The notes below the pieces were generated by a model. The model saw only the letters and a list, made by a program, of their open reading frames with translations, had not been told where the DNA came from and ran no database searches. The translations under genes were made by a program, and so were the position numbers. DNA of 63,766 bases, counting the filler, from Octopus bimaculoides (Eukaryota): the NCBI RefSeq assembly GCF_001194135.2. It is 5 parts of 5 records of this genome, joined end to end, with 100 filler letters (N's around TTAATTAATTAA, not from the genome) between each part and the next. Parts side by side here need not be neighbours in the genome. Positions count along the whole stretch, not along the records: positions 36,448 to 54,238 come from NW_026363977.1; 4 more parts are not named here. One strand, given 5' to 3'. Below, one piece after another: positions 39,601 to 50,692 of the stretch. How positions within the stretch are numbered: the stretch's first letter is position 1; each line of letters starts with the position of its first letter.

Positions 39601-39792
39601 GAAAGGCTACTTTTTTTCTGTCACAGGCTTATATTCCCCATTATTAGACTATTTTCTTTAGTCATTTGCACGGTGATCGCTATAAGCTTATAAAAAAATA
39701 CCATTATTATTATTTACAGAATTGTAAAACTCGACACTGCTTAACAAAACTATTTGCACTAAAATATATATCTATCTATATATATATATATA

Positions 39793-39960
39793 TGGGAGAA
39801 TTTATGAAAAAAACAACAGACGAAGACAGGTGGTGTAAACAACAAATGAATGTATTAGTTTAACGCTCGGGAATAGAGAAAGTCTTTGACGTTTCGAGCC
39901 TACGCTCTTCAACTGAAAGGAACACAGAAAGAAACAAGAAGAAAAAAAATATAAATGTAG
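39793..39960 (-). mobile_element. (TA)n-anchored Penelope-like terminal fragment with a hammerhead-like motif at 39884-39919
   Basis: The end TATGGGAGAA abuts (TA)n. Homologous to 41600-41740, 43519-43620 and 54049-54126. Confidence 0.6.
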
Positions 39961-40563
39961 TGGTCAGCTATCTATCATGGCGAAATATAAATAAATAATC
40001 AGCTATCTCTTATGCATTTTTTTTTAATAGAAGGATGAGAACATTACTTCAAAAAACACAATCATCAGATGAAATATTTCAAAAACAAAAGAATATCCCA
40101 AGAATATTGTTTTTAAAATTATGTTTTATCTGATGGTTACGGTTCTCTCCAAGGAAGTAATCTTCTCATTCTTCTATTTTAAAAAATGCCTAAGAAACAG
40201 CTGTAACGAGCTGACAATTATCCATCATCTGTTAATATTCATTTGATTATAATACACCAAAGGGAATTTACGACACATCAGACACCTTGGAGTATACCGT
40301 CAACATAGTATTCAACATAATGTGTGCTGTGGACCAGCCCTTTCGTGCTAAATACTCATAGGGTTGGTTTTCTCTGTGTACATAACTGGATCATCCTATG
40401 TGATATTCATCAACCATAGGCGGTAACCACAGGTTTATCCAACCCTACCTGGTGCACATCTTTACAAGTACCCAATTCTATCCGAATCCTTATTATTATC
40501 ATTATTATATATATATATATATATATATATAAACATATTTATTTATATTTTTACATATATATA

Positions 40564-40777
40564 AATATATAATTGAGAGAAAAAAAAACACAATTATGGA
40601 ATTCGTCCATGAAAATCCACAATCACATAGAAAAATTTAATAAGTAACTACACATTACTTTTAGATTTTTATTATAGGTCTTTTTAGTGTACTTACTATT
40701 TTAATTTTTCTATATGTGATTGTGGATTTTCATGGATGAATTCAATAATTGTGGGTTTTTTTCTCTAAATTATATTT
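40564..40777. repeat. Foldback: ~90-bp imperfect inverted arms with a ~33-nt spacer
   Basis: 40564-40653 pairs with 40687-40777 (e.g. GTCCATGAAAATCCACAATCACATAG / CTATATGTGATTGTGGATTTTCATGGA). Flanked by (TA)-rich DNA. Confidence 0.9.
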
Positions 40778-41599
40778 ATATATTATATATTGTGAAATTT
40801 AATTTCATTTTAATTTTGATAAATTAAATTGAATTTTTCCCTGTAAATTTGGATTTTTATCCCTAATATTATTATCATTATTATATATATATATATATCT
40901 ATATATATATATATAGATATTCTTTTTTTTTTATTNNNNNNNNNNNNNNNNNNNNNNNNNNNNNNNNNNNNNNNNNNNNNNNNNNNNNNNNNNNNNNNNN
41001 NNNNNNNNNNNNNNNNNNNNNNNNNNNNNNNNNNNNNNNNNNNNNNNNNNNNNNNNNNNNNNNNNNNNNNNNNNNNNNNNNNNNNNNNNNNNNNNNNNNN
41101 NNNNNNNNNNNNNNNNNNNNNNNNNNNNNNNNNNNNNNNNNNNNNNNNNNNNNNNNNNNNNNNNNNNNNNNNNNNNNNNNNNNNNNNNNNNNNNNNNNNN
41201 NNNNNNNNNNNNNNNNNNNNNNNNNNNNNNNNNNNNNNNNNNNNNNNNNNNNNNNNNNNNNNNNNNNNNNNNNNNNNNNNNNNNNNNNNNNNNNNNNNNN
41301 NNNNNNNNNNNNNNNNNNNNNNNNNNNNNNNNNNNNNNNNNNNNNNNNNNNNNNNNNNNNNNNNNNNNNNNNNNNNNNNNNNNNNNNNNNNNNNNNNNNN
41401 NNNNNNNNNNNNNNNNNNNNNNNNNNNNNNNNNNNNNNNNNNNNNNNNNNNNNNNNNNNNNNNNNNNNNNNNNNNNNNNNNNNNNNNNNNNNNNNNNNNN
41501 NNNNNNNNNNNNNNNNNNNNNNNNNNNNNNNNNNNNNNNNNNNNNNNNNNNNNNNNNNNNNNNNNNNNNNNNNNATATATATATGGTTCAAATGTACAG

Positions 41600-41740
41600 T
41601 GAACAAAAGACAAAGACAGGTGAGGGAAGAGGAACAACAAGCAAGGTGTATTAGCTTGATGCTCAGGAAGAAAGGAAAAGTCTTTGATGTTTCAAGCCTA
41701 CACTCTTTGACAGAAAGGGATGAGAGGAAACAAAATGCAT
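41600..41740 (-). mobile_element. CpG-decayed copy of the 39793 family (hammerhead-like motif at 41682-41717)
   Basis: CTTT-CTGTCAA-A-GAGT-GTAG-GCTT-GAAAC-ATC-AAAG. Confidence 0.6.
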
Positions 41741-42142
41741 TGGGATTGCACCCATGCATACCACCGTCTACATATACACTCTCACACATATCCATACACA
41801 TATTATCTACACACATAAATGTGAAAATTGTACAGGTTTTATTAACTTAAAACAGCCTGTACGCAGACAGAAAATTGTCTGAAGCAGATGTCGCCTCAGT
41901 TTGTTTTGATTTGAACCTTTACCCCCAACTCTTACACTCAGCTCCTTTGTTATTTATGTTTATAAGCACTTTTACATGTGTGTGCATGTGTACACAAGTC
42001 TGTGTATATATGTGCACATGTGTATTGGTGCATGTGTGCATGTGTGTGTGTGTATATTTAATCTGCCTCTGTCCCCACCTTCTCCTTCTTGCTTGATCTT
42101 CTGTACCTTCACTAGCTGATTCAGGGTAGGTTTTGATAAACT

Positions 42143-42216
42143 TCAACATTTACGTCTCGAGGTTGTTGCTGGAGATGTTTGTACAGCTGGGCATACTTCT
42201 AAACACCAAACATTTT
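42143..42216 (-). CDS. Candidate exon (xNVWCLEVCPAVQTSPATTSRRKC*) after a very strong acceptor
   Basis: TTTTTTTTTTGTTTTTTTTCGCTTGGTTCTTTCCCTCGCAG|AAAATG. Alternative reading: ATG at 42149 (MLKFIKTYPESASE) with donor AAG|GTACAG near 42107. Confidence 0.3.
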
Positions 42217-42554
42217 CTGCGAGGGAAAGAACCAAGCGAAAAAAAACAAAAAAAAAACAGTACCTTTTTCTTTCTTCACCTTTTCATTCACTTATTTATT
42301 AATCTATTTATCAATTTATCTATTTGCTTGTTTTTTAATGTTGCCACAGTCTGATGCTAGCCTGAAGTGTGAAGTGGAATCGGCTGGTGAATGCTGCCAA
42401 CATAAACAAATGAGAAATCCAAAAGAACCAGGGAAATACCCAACGTAGCTGGTTGCTCAACCTGACAGAAAATAACAGTCGAATCTTTCTCAAGTCGCTT
42501 CCAACTATTTCTTTTATTAGTTTTTGTTTTTATTATATGCTTTTTATCTTTCAT

Positions 42555-42760
42555 ATTTTTACTTGTTTCAGTCATTAGACTACAGCCATGCTGGAGCATC
42601 ACCTTGGAGAAATCTTAGTCGAATGAACAGACACCCCCAATCAGTACTTATTCTATCAATAGCATTTACTGAACTGCTAAGTTACAGGGACACAAACAAA
42701 ACAATACCGGTTGTGAAGCGGTGATGAGGGAGAAACACAGACACAAAGACACACACACAT
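42555..42760 (-). mobile_element. SINE family 1, 3' half, decayed
   Basis: TTTACTTGTTTCAGTCATTAGACT.CAGCCATGCTGGAGCA... homology. Confidence 0.8.
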
Positions 42761-42780
42761 GTGTGCGTGCGTACGTATGT

Positions 42781-43130
42781 GAAGGCACATACGACAGTGG
42801 TTAAAGTGTCAGGCTTACAACCGTGAGGCTGTAAATTCAATTCTTGGATCAGGTTGTGTGTTCCTTTCTTGAGCAAGACACTTTATTTCATGTTGCTCCA
42901 GTGGCTCCAGCTCACTCAACTGCAGAAATGAGTTGCGACATCACTGGTGCCAAGCTGCATTGACCTTTGCTCTTCCCTTGCATAACATTAGTGACATGGG
43001 GAGTGGAAAGCGGTATGCATGGGTGACTGCTGGTCTTCCACCAACAAGCATGCGTGGATTTGTGTCTTGGATGGGAACTTTGTTGGTGCAATACAATGAT
43101 TATTTGTGACCAAAGGGGGTCTTTACCATA
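42781..43130 (+). mobile_element. tRNA-derived SINE family 4 (CTTGAGCAAGACACTT central block)
   Basis: Head CAGTGGTTAAAGTG...AATTCAATTC. An inverted homologue lies at 52435-52767. Confidence 0.7.
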
Positions 43131-43518
43131 CATAAATATATGTGCGTGTGTGTGTGTGTATGTGTGTGTGTGTGTGTGTGTGTGTACTGCAGACTGAAAC
43201 TGCGCTTGTGTGGTGAATTTGAAAAATTATAACATAGAATGATGAGACACATGTTATTTGTCTCTAGATTCTAAGTTAATGTTATGGCGCGGTTACTGAT
43301 GAGAATTTCACCTAGCAAATTATTTTATTTGCTAAGAAAATTTTAAATCTAGGTATAACTGTAAAAAATAACAAGGTAAAAGTTTTTATTTTTCATTCCC
43401 TTTGAAATTGCTCTTAAATGTGGTTTTGGTCATTTTGACTAGTGTGTAAAATTACCTATTGAAGGTAGTTTCTCTTGTGTTTAAATGTACATTATCTTAT
43501 ATACATATATATATATAT

Positions 43519-43618
43519 AAACGTCAAAGACTTTCCGTATTCCCGAGCGTCATACTAATATATACTTTTGTTATTTACACCACCTGTCCTCGTCTGTTGT
43601 TATTATTTGTATATTCTC

Positions 43619-43620
<2 letters not shown>
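43519..43620 (+). mobile_element. (TA)n-embedded fragment of the 39793 family
   Basis: Starts AAACGTCAAAGACTTT and ends ATTCTCCC. (TA)n on both sides. Confidence 0.7.
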
Positions 43621-43654
<34 letters not shown>

Positions 43655-43659
<5 letters not shown>

Positions 43660-43805
43660 CGATAGGTTTTTTTTCAGTTTCTGTTTACTAAATCTGCTCA
43701 CAAGCTTTGAACAGCTTGAGGCTATAGTAGAAGATACTTGCCCACAGTGGGACCGAAGTTGGAACCATGTGATTGGGAAACAAACTTCTTACCACATGGC
43801 CACAT
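43655..43805 (-). mobile_element. SINE family 1, 5' part, decayed
   Basis: GAGGCTATAGTAGAAGATACTTGCCCA...GGAACCATGTG...CTTACCACATGGCCAC. Confidence 0.8.
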
Positions 43806-44053
43806 CTATCCTTGGGTCAACAAAGGTGTTTGGCTAGAAAGAAAATGTCCAGCGTATGTGTGTGTTTGTGTGTTAGCGTTTCTGTTTGTGTGTGTTTAGT
43901 TGATTTGTCTTTATGTCTATATTTCCATGCTGACATGGGTTAGAAAACTTTTATTCAACGAATATTTATCGAGACACTGTTTTCCAGCCCTTCCTGCTGC
44001 TAAATCTTGTCTGTTTTCCAAGTACAGGATCTCTAATTATTTCCACACATCTA

Positions 44054-44265
44054 AAGGCTGTGAGCTGGCAGAATCATTAGCATGCCAGGTAAAATACTTA
44101 GTGGTATTTCATCTGTTTTTCTATGTTCTGAGTTCAAATTCCCCCAAGGTCAACTTTGCCTTTCATCCTTTTGGGGTCGATAAAACAAGTACCAGTTATG
44201 TACTGGGGTCAATGTAATCAACTAGTCTCCTCCTCTGAAATTTCAGGCCTTGTGCCTATAGTATA
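44054..44265 (+). mobile_element. SINE family 3, full length, heavily CpG-decayed
   Basis: Collinear with 53801-54026 and 13285-13493, with most CpG read as TpG/CpA. Confidence 0.85.
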
Positions 44266-45431
44266 AACCATTATTCCTCACATCTACAAAACCACAAAAG
44301 CAGCAGGTGATTTATGTACAAAGGTAATAGCAACAATATAACCACATATAGTCCAACAATTTTCAAATAGCTCCTCCCTCAAATTCCAGGCCTTGGGCAT
44401 ATAATAGAAAGGATTACATATAGCTTTATCTACTTCTCTCTCTTTCTCTCCCTGCACATTTTCTGCCAATTGGGTATAACTGTCAAGATAATTAACCAAT
44501 TAACTCATTTCAGCCAACAGCAGAAAACACTCGCCTAAGATTAAGATACCACATGGCAGGATTGAATCTGGAACCACAGAGTTGCAGGATGAACTTCTTA
44601 ACCACATTGTGGTGCATGTGGGTGGGCTTTTAATATAAGCTAACATCATTATTACTGCTTTCCTATTTCCTGCAGTATTTCTAAACACTTGTCCCATCTC
44701 CAGAGCATTTATAAACATTGTCACTCTGCCTTTCTATGTAGCTATATGTTCTGGAGAAAGAGAGAGAAAGAGAGAGAGAGGACAGACAGACACAGAGAGA
44801 GTGAGTGTGTGTATGTGTGTGTATATATGTGTGTGTATATATATTTGTGTGGGTGTTGAATGTTTAAATATTTTATGTAAATATCCAATGTTTATATGAT
44901 GTATATACTTTATAAAAGAATGTTCCAGTTTATTGTATACTGTTCCATAAACAGTATTTCTATATCCTACTGTAAAACTAATGAATCAGAACTCAGTGTT
45001 GGAATGTTCTGTTACAATTCTTATTCTAAAAGCCTGGTTTTAAGCACAATTATGCAAAGATTTCAATAGGTTTGTTTACATATNNNNNNNNNNNNNNNNN
45101 NNNNNNNNNNNNNNNNNNNNNNNNNNNNNNNNNNNNNNNNNNNNNNNNNNNNNNNNNNNNNNNNNNNNNNNNNNNNNNNNNNNNNNNNNNNNNNNNNNNN
45201 NNNNNNNNNNNNNNNNNNNNNNNNNNNNNNNNNNNNNNNNNNNNNNNNNNNNNNNNNNNNNNNNNNNNNNNNNNNNNNNNNNNNNNNNNNNNNNNNNNNN
45301 NNNNNNNNNNNNNNNNNNNNNNNNNNNNNNNNNNNNNNNNNNNNNNNNNNNNNNNNNNNNNNNNNNNNNNNNNNNNNNNNNNNNNNNNNNNNTATATATA
45401 TACACATATGTATATATATATAAGTGTGTAT

Positions 45432-45640
45432 GTGTTTGCGTATCTATTTCTGTCCCCCCACCATCGCTTGACAACCAATGCTGGTATGTTTACGTCCCCG
45501 TAACTTAGCAGTTTGGCAAAAGAGTCCGATAAAATAAATACTAAGCTTACTAAGAATAAGTCCTGGGGTCGATTTACTCGACTAAAGGAAGTGCTCCAGC
45601 ATGGCCACAGTCAAATGACTGAAACAAGTAAAAGAATATA
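45432..45640 (+). mobile_element. SINE family 1, 3' half
   Basis: TGTCCCCCCACCATCGCTTGACAACC...CTCCAGCATGGCCACAGTCAAATGACTGAAACAAGTAAAAGAATA. Confidence 0.85.
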
Positions 45641-46086
45641 TATGGACTCTCCCATCAAAGGCAATGTATGAGCACTTTCCCATTTCTACCTATTTTTAGC
45701 CTACTGGCAGTCATCACTCCCTCTCCTACCCTACTCTTTGCTCTACACACCCTAGGCTTCTAGTATCAATGGTTCTCAACCAATTTTTAACTATGGAACC
45801 CTCATAGCCATTTAATGTTTAAAAATCACCCCATTAGAATTTTATAATTAGATATTAGGAATTGTATTAAAGATAAAATTGTTAAAATATTTTACGTATT
45901 GCAAACGTATAACCAGTTTATTGCACATAAATTTCAGCAACAAAATCTTATATGGACCCTGGGTTTAGAACCACTGCTTGGCATTTACTTCACACAAGGC
46001 ACCCCACTGCATGCACTGGTGGTACAACACTTTTTGGATGAACCTATCTCTCTAGTTCTGATGCCACAAAAATACATCCACTGCGT

Positions 46087-46371
46087 GGAGGCGCAATGGC
46101 CCAGTGGTTAGGGCAGCGGACTCGCGGTCATAGGATCATGGTTTTGATTCCCAGACCGGGCGTTGTGAGTGTACTCTGCTGTACTCTTTTACCACAACTT
46201 TCTCTCACTCTTACTTCCTGTTTCTGTTGTGCCTGTAATTCAAAGGGTCAGCCTTGTCACACTGTGTCACGCTGAATATCCCCAAGAACTATGTTAAGGG
46301 TACACGTGTCTGTGGAGTGCTCAGCCACTTGCACGTTAATTTCACGAGCAGGCTGTTCCGTTGATCAGATC
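46087..46371 (+). mobile_element. tRNA-derived SINE family 2 (Arg-tRNA-like head), cut by gap
   Basis: GGCGCAATGGCCCAGTGGTTAGGGCAGCGGACTCGCGGTC...GGTTTTGATTCCC. The body runs to the gap. Confidence 0.8.
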
Positions 46372-48437
46372 NNNNNNNNNNNNNNNNNNNNNNNNNNNNN
46401 NNNNNNNNNNNNNNNNNNNNNNNNNNNNNNNNNNNNNNNNNNNNNNNNNNNNNNNNNNNNNNNNNNNNNNNNNNNNNNNNNNNNNNNNNNNNNNNNNNNN
46501 NNNNNNNNNNNNNNNNNNNNNNNNNNNNNNNNNNNNNNNNNNNNNNNNNNNNNNNNNNNNNNNNNNNNNNNNNNNNNNNNNNNNNNNNNNNNNNNNNNNN
46601 NNNNNNNNNNNNNNNNNNNNNNNNNNNNNNNNNNNNNNNNNNNNNNNNNNNNNNNNNNNNNNNNNNNNNNNNNNNNNNNNNNNNNNNNNNNNNNNNNNNN
46701 NNNNNNNNNNNNNNNNNNNNNNNNNNNNNNNNNNNNNNNNNNNNNNNNNNNNNNNNNNNNNNNNNNNNNNNNNNNNNNNNNNNNNNNNNNNNNNNNNNNN
46801 NNNNNNNNNNNNNNNNNNNNNNNNNNNNNNNNNNNNNNNNNNNNNNNNNNNNNNNNNNNNNNNNNNNNNNNNNNNNNNNNNNNNNNNNNNNNNNNNNNNN
46901 NNNNNNNNNNNNNNNNNNNNNNNNNNNNNNNNNNNNNNNNNNNNNNNNNNNNNNNNNNNNNNNNNNNNNNNNNNNNNNNNNNNNNNNNNNNNNNNNNNNN
47001 NNNNNNNNNNNNNNNNNNNNNNNNNNNNNNNNNNNNNNNNNNNNNNNNNNNNNNNNNNNNNNNNNNNNNNNNNNNNNNNNNNNNNNNNNNNNNNNNNNNN
47101 NNNNNNNNNNNNNNNNATATATATATATATATATAAACACACACATACAAACACAGATACACACACACACAAACATATATATGTGTGTGTGTGGAGGGTA
47201 TATACACACATATACACACACATGTATGAATGTAAAGAGAGTGTCCATCATAAGTGCTGATGCTTCACACCAGATAGACCATGCGCCTGTATGTGTGAAA
47301 AAGGAAATAGAGAGAGAGTGTGTGTGTATGAGAGTAAGAAAGAGAGAGAGAGAGAGAGAGAGTGTATATATGTGTGTATGAGAGCAAGAGGGAGAGTGTA
47401 TGTGTGTGTGAGAGAGAGAAAGAGACAGAGAACAAGTCCTTGGTTGTGTATTTTTATTTTTACTGGTGTAAAACCCGTGCAATGTTATGGTGTAAAGCTA
47501 TGATCCTCATCAGGTTGTGTAATTATGGAGTAAAACCACAGACAATTGATAAACAAACTGTCTTCAGCCAGCCTCTCAGAATTCTAGTCTTTAAGCCTTT
47601 GCCAACACCTACATCACATGTGATAAACAGGATATATTTCCCTGGGGTTCATGCATGAAAACGTGTGGCTTAGTGGTTAGGCTGTTGCGCTCACGATCAC
47701 TAGATTATAGGTTCAATTCCCTGACTGGGCAGTACATTGTGAAACAAGAGTTAACTAAAAATCCTAAAGTATGGACATTTAGGACAAACTTATGAAAATC
47801 ATTCAGACATGTAAAGAGGGTTAAGGGGTACAATAGTAACCTGATGGTTTTACTGGTTGACCCAAATTCAAAAAACAAGCAGAGGTGTTTAGGATAAGCT
47901 TATGAAAATGTTTTGGACAGGCAAATGGTTAATGCCACTTGTAAGCTTATTATAAAGATAAATTTTGTATAACATAATTCACAAACGTTACACTAAATTG
48001 TGTCTTCTATCAAAACTGTTCAACTCTATGCCTGCCTTGTGTATTATATGTGATACAAAGGACACATTTTCCTGGCATCCATGCATCATACATGATACGC
48101 ATCCTCAATGTTTTTCAACCACCAGAATAACTTGACACTTATGAAAGAAAAGCTTTGCATTACTCAGAATATATGAAACAGGGGCTGACTCAGTCTGAAA
48201 ACAAGCATGGATATTTAGGAAAAAACACTTGTGGAAATCCTCTGATCAGGTAAAGGTTAATTAGACAACTAAAAAGGGTGATATCAAGAAGGGTATTCAA
48301 TCATGAAATTTTGCTTCAGATGTCCTTTCCATCCGTGGCAGCATGGAAAACCAGACATGAAAATGATGAGGAGTTATTTAATTGGAGTGTCATATGTTTA
48401 CAAGTGTTTTAGTTTTAATTAAATATTTATAAATAAT

Positions 48438-48550
48438 TGCCAAATCAGATTGGAGCCTCGTGTAGCCACCTGGTCCACCAGTCCTCTGTCAAATCGTCCA
48501 ACCCATGCTAGCATGGAAAGCGGACGTTAAACGATGATGATGATGATGAT
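48438..48550 (+). mobile_element. RTE-type 3' terminus with (GAT)n tail
   Basis: ...AACCCATGCTAGCATGGAAAGCGGACGTTAAACGATGATGATG, identical to the end of the RTE at 49153. Confidence 0.85.
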
Positions 48551-48719
48551 AACCTAATGATAAGTTTCTAATTCATTGATTTGTAAACAACTTTTGATTA
48601 ATGGGTTGTAAAGGAGTATGATTTTAGATATCACTGAAAAATACAATTTTCAGAGATAAAATATGTTTAAACTTTTAAATTTCTTTTGCCAAATTTATCA
48701 ACCTTTTCTCTAATACGAT

Positions 48720-49075
48720 ATTGCTATTTTTTATCTTTTACTTGTTTCAGTCAGAGGAATTTTAGTCAAACAAATCATCCCCAGGACTCAATTATTTTAA
48801 AGCCTGGTACTACTTCTATTCTCCACTTTTGCCAAATCACTAAGTCATGGGGACATAAACACACCAACATCGGTTGTCAAGCAGTGGTGGGAGACAAACA
48901 CAAATACACACACACATATATGATGAGTGTCTTTCCGTTTTCTTTAACAAGTCAAATCACAAGGCTTTGGACAGCTTGAGGTTAAAGTAGAAGACGCTTG
49001 CCCAAGGCGCCACATAGTAGGACTGAACCCAGAACCATGTGGTTAGGAAACAAGTTACGCCAAATTAAGTTACAC
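48720..49075 (-). mobile_element. SINE family 1, decayed
   Basis: Collinear with 37348-37743 with many TpG/CpA changes. Confidence 0.8.
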
Positions 49076-49152
49076 GGGGGTGTGGGGTGGGCATAAATAA
49101 ATCAACACTGGTTGTCAAGCGGGGGGGAGGCACACAGACATGCACAAACACA

Positions 49153-50692
49153 CATCATCATCATCATCATCATCATCGTTTAACGTCCGCTTTCCATGCT
49201 AGCATGGGTTGGACGATTTGACTGAGGACTGGTGAAACCGGATGGCAACACCAGGCTCCAGTCCGATTTGGCAGAGTTTCTACAGCTGGATGCCCTTCCT
49301 AACGCCAACCACTCAGAGAGTGTAGTGGGTGCTTTTACGTGTCACCCGCACNNNNNNNNNNNNNNNNNNNNNNNNNNNNNNNNNNNNNNNNNNNNNNNNN
49401 NNNNNNNNNNNNNNNNNNNNNNNNNNNNNNNNNNNNNNNNNNNNNNNNNNNNNNNNNNNNNNNNNNNNNNNNNNNNNNNNNNNNNNNNNNNNNNNNNNNN
49501 NNNNNNNNNNNNNNNNNNNNNNNNNNNNNNNNNNNNNNNNNNNNNNNNNNNNNNNNNNNNNNNNNNNNNNNNNNNNNNNNNNNNNNNNNNNNNNNNNNNN
49601 NNNNNNNNNNNNNNNNNNNNNNNNNNNNNNNNNNNNNNNNNNNNNNNNNNNNNNNNNNNNNNNNNNNNNNNNNNNNNNNNNNNNNNNNNNNNNNNNNNNN
49701 NNNNNNNNNNNNNNNNNNNNNNNNNNNNNNNNNNNNNNNNNNNNNNNNNNNNNNNNNNNNNNNNNNNNNNNNNNNNNNNNNNNNNNNNNNNNNNNNNNNN
49801 NNNNNNNNNNNNNNNNNNNNNNNNNNNNNNNNNNNNNNNNNNNNNNNNNNNNNNNNNNNNNNNNNNNNNNNNNNNNNNNNNNNNNNNNNNNNNNNNNNNN
49901 NNNNNNNNNNNNNNNNNNNNNNNNNNNNNNNNNNNNNNNNNNNNNNNNNNNNNNNNNNNNNNNNNNNNNNNNNNNNNNNNNNNNNNNNNNNNNNNNNNNN
50001 NNNNNNNNNNNNNNNNNNNNNNNNNNNNNNNNNNNNNNNNNNNNNNNNNNNNNNNNNNNNNNNNNNNNNNNNNNNNNNNNNNNNNNNNNNNNNNNNNNNN
50101 NNNNNNNNNNNNNNNNNNNNNNNNNNNNNNNNNNNNNNNNNNNNNNNNNNNNNNNNNNNNNNNNNNNNNNNNNNNNNNNNNNNNNNNNNNNNNNNNNNNN
50201 NNNNNNNNNNNNNNNNNNNNNNNNNNNNNNNNNNNNNNNNNNNNNNNNNNNNNNNNNNNNNNNNNNNNNNNNNNNNNNNNNNNNNNNNNNNNNNNNNNNN
50301 NNNNNNGTTTCCTGTTTGTTTGCAGTCTTTATTGCACCTGAACATCTGCCACAAACAAAAACTAACTTGCTAGTTAACCTGCCTTTGATGTTGCTGCACC
50401 TCTTATGTGTCCATAGCTTGCACCGGGTACATCTTATAGAGTTACTACCTACTCCTTTTCTACATACTGAGCAGGGCCATCTACCTGAAGGGGTTTGTGT
50501 TTTATCTACCTTCCTACTTATTAGGATTTTGGTTTTAGCTAGGTTGACTCTAAGGCCCTTCAATTCTAGACCTTGCTTCCACACCTGAAACTTCTCCTCT
50601 AGTTCTGATAGTGACTCCGCAATTAGGGCAAGGTCATCAGCATAGAGGAGCTCCCAGGGGCAACCTGTCTTGAACTCCTCTGTGATTGCCAT
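49153..50692 (-). mobile_element. 5'-truncated RTE-clade LINE: RT (YADD), PHD-type finger, gap, 3' UTR and (GAT)n tail
   Basis: AITEEFKTGCPWELLYADDLALIAES...VNLAKTK, then CSVC...CTRCKLWTHKRC...CGRC. The 3' end lies across a ~955-N gap. That both sides are one element is an inference. Confidence 0.85.

Noticed and set aside
40125-40210. GAAACAGCTGTAA hammerhead remnant
   Set aside because: The stem III/cleavage part is present, but no correctly spaced CUGANGA or stem II.
10865-46160. Functional tRNA genes at 10865, 39525 and 46087
   Set aside because: Stems are incomplete and the sequences continue into SINE bodies. They are tRNA-derived heads.
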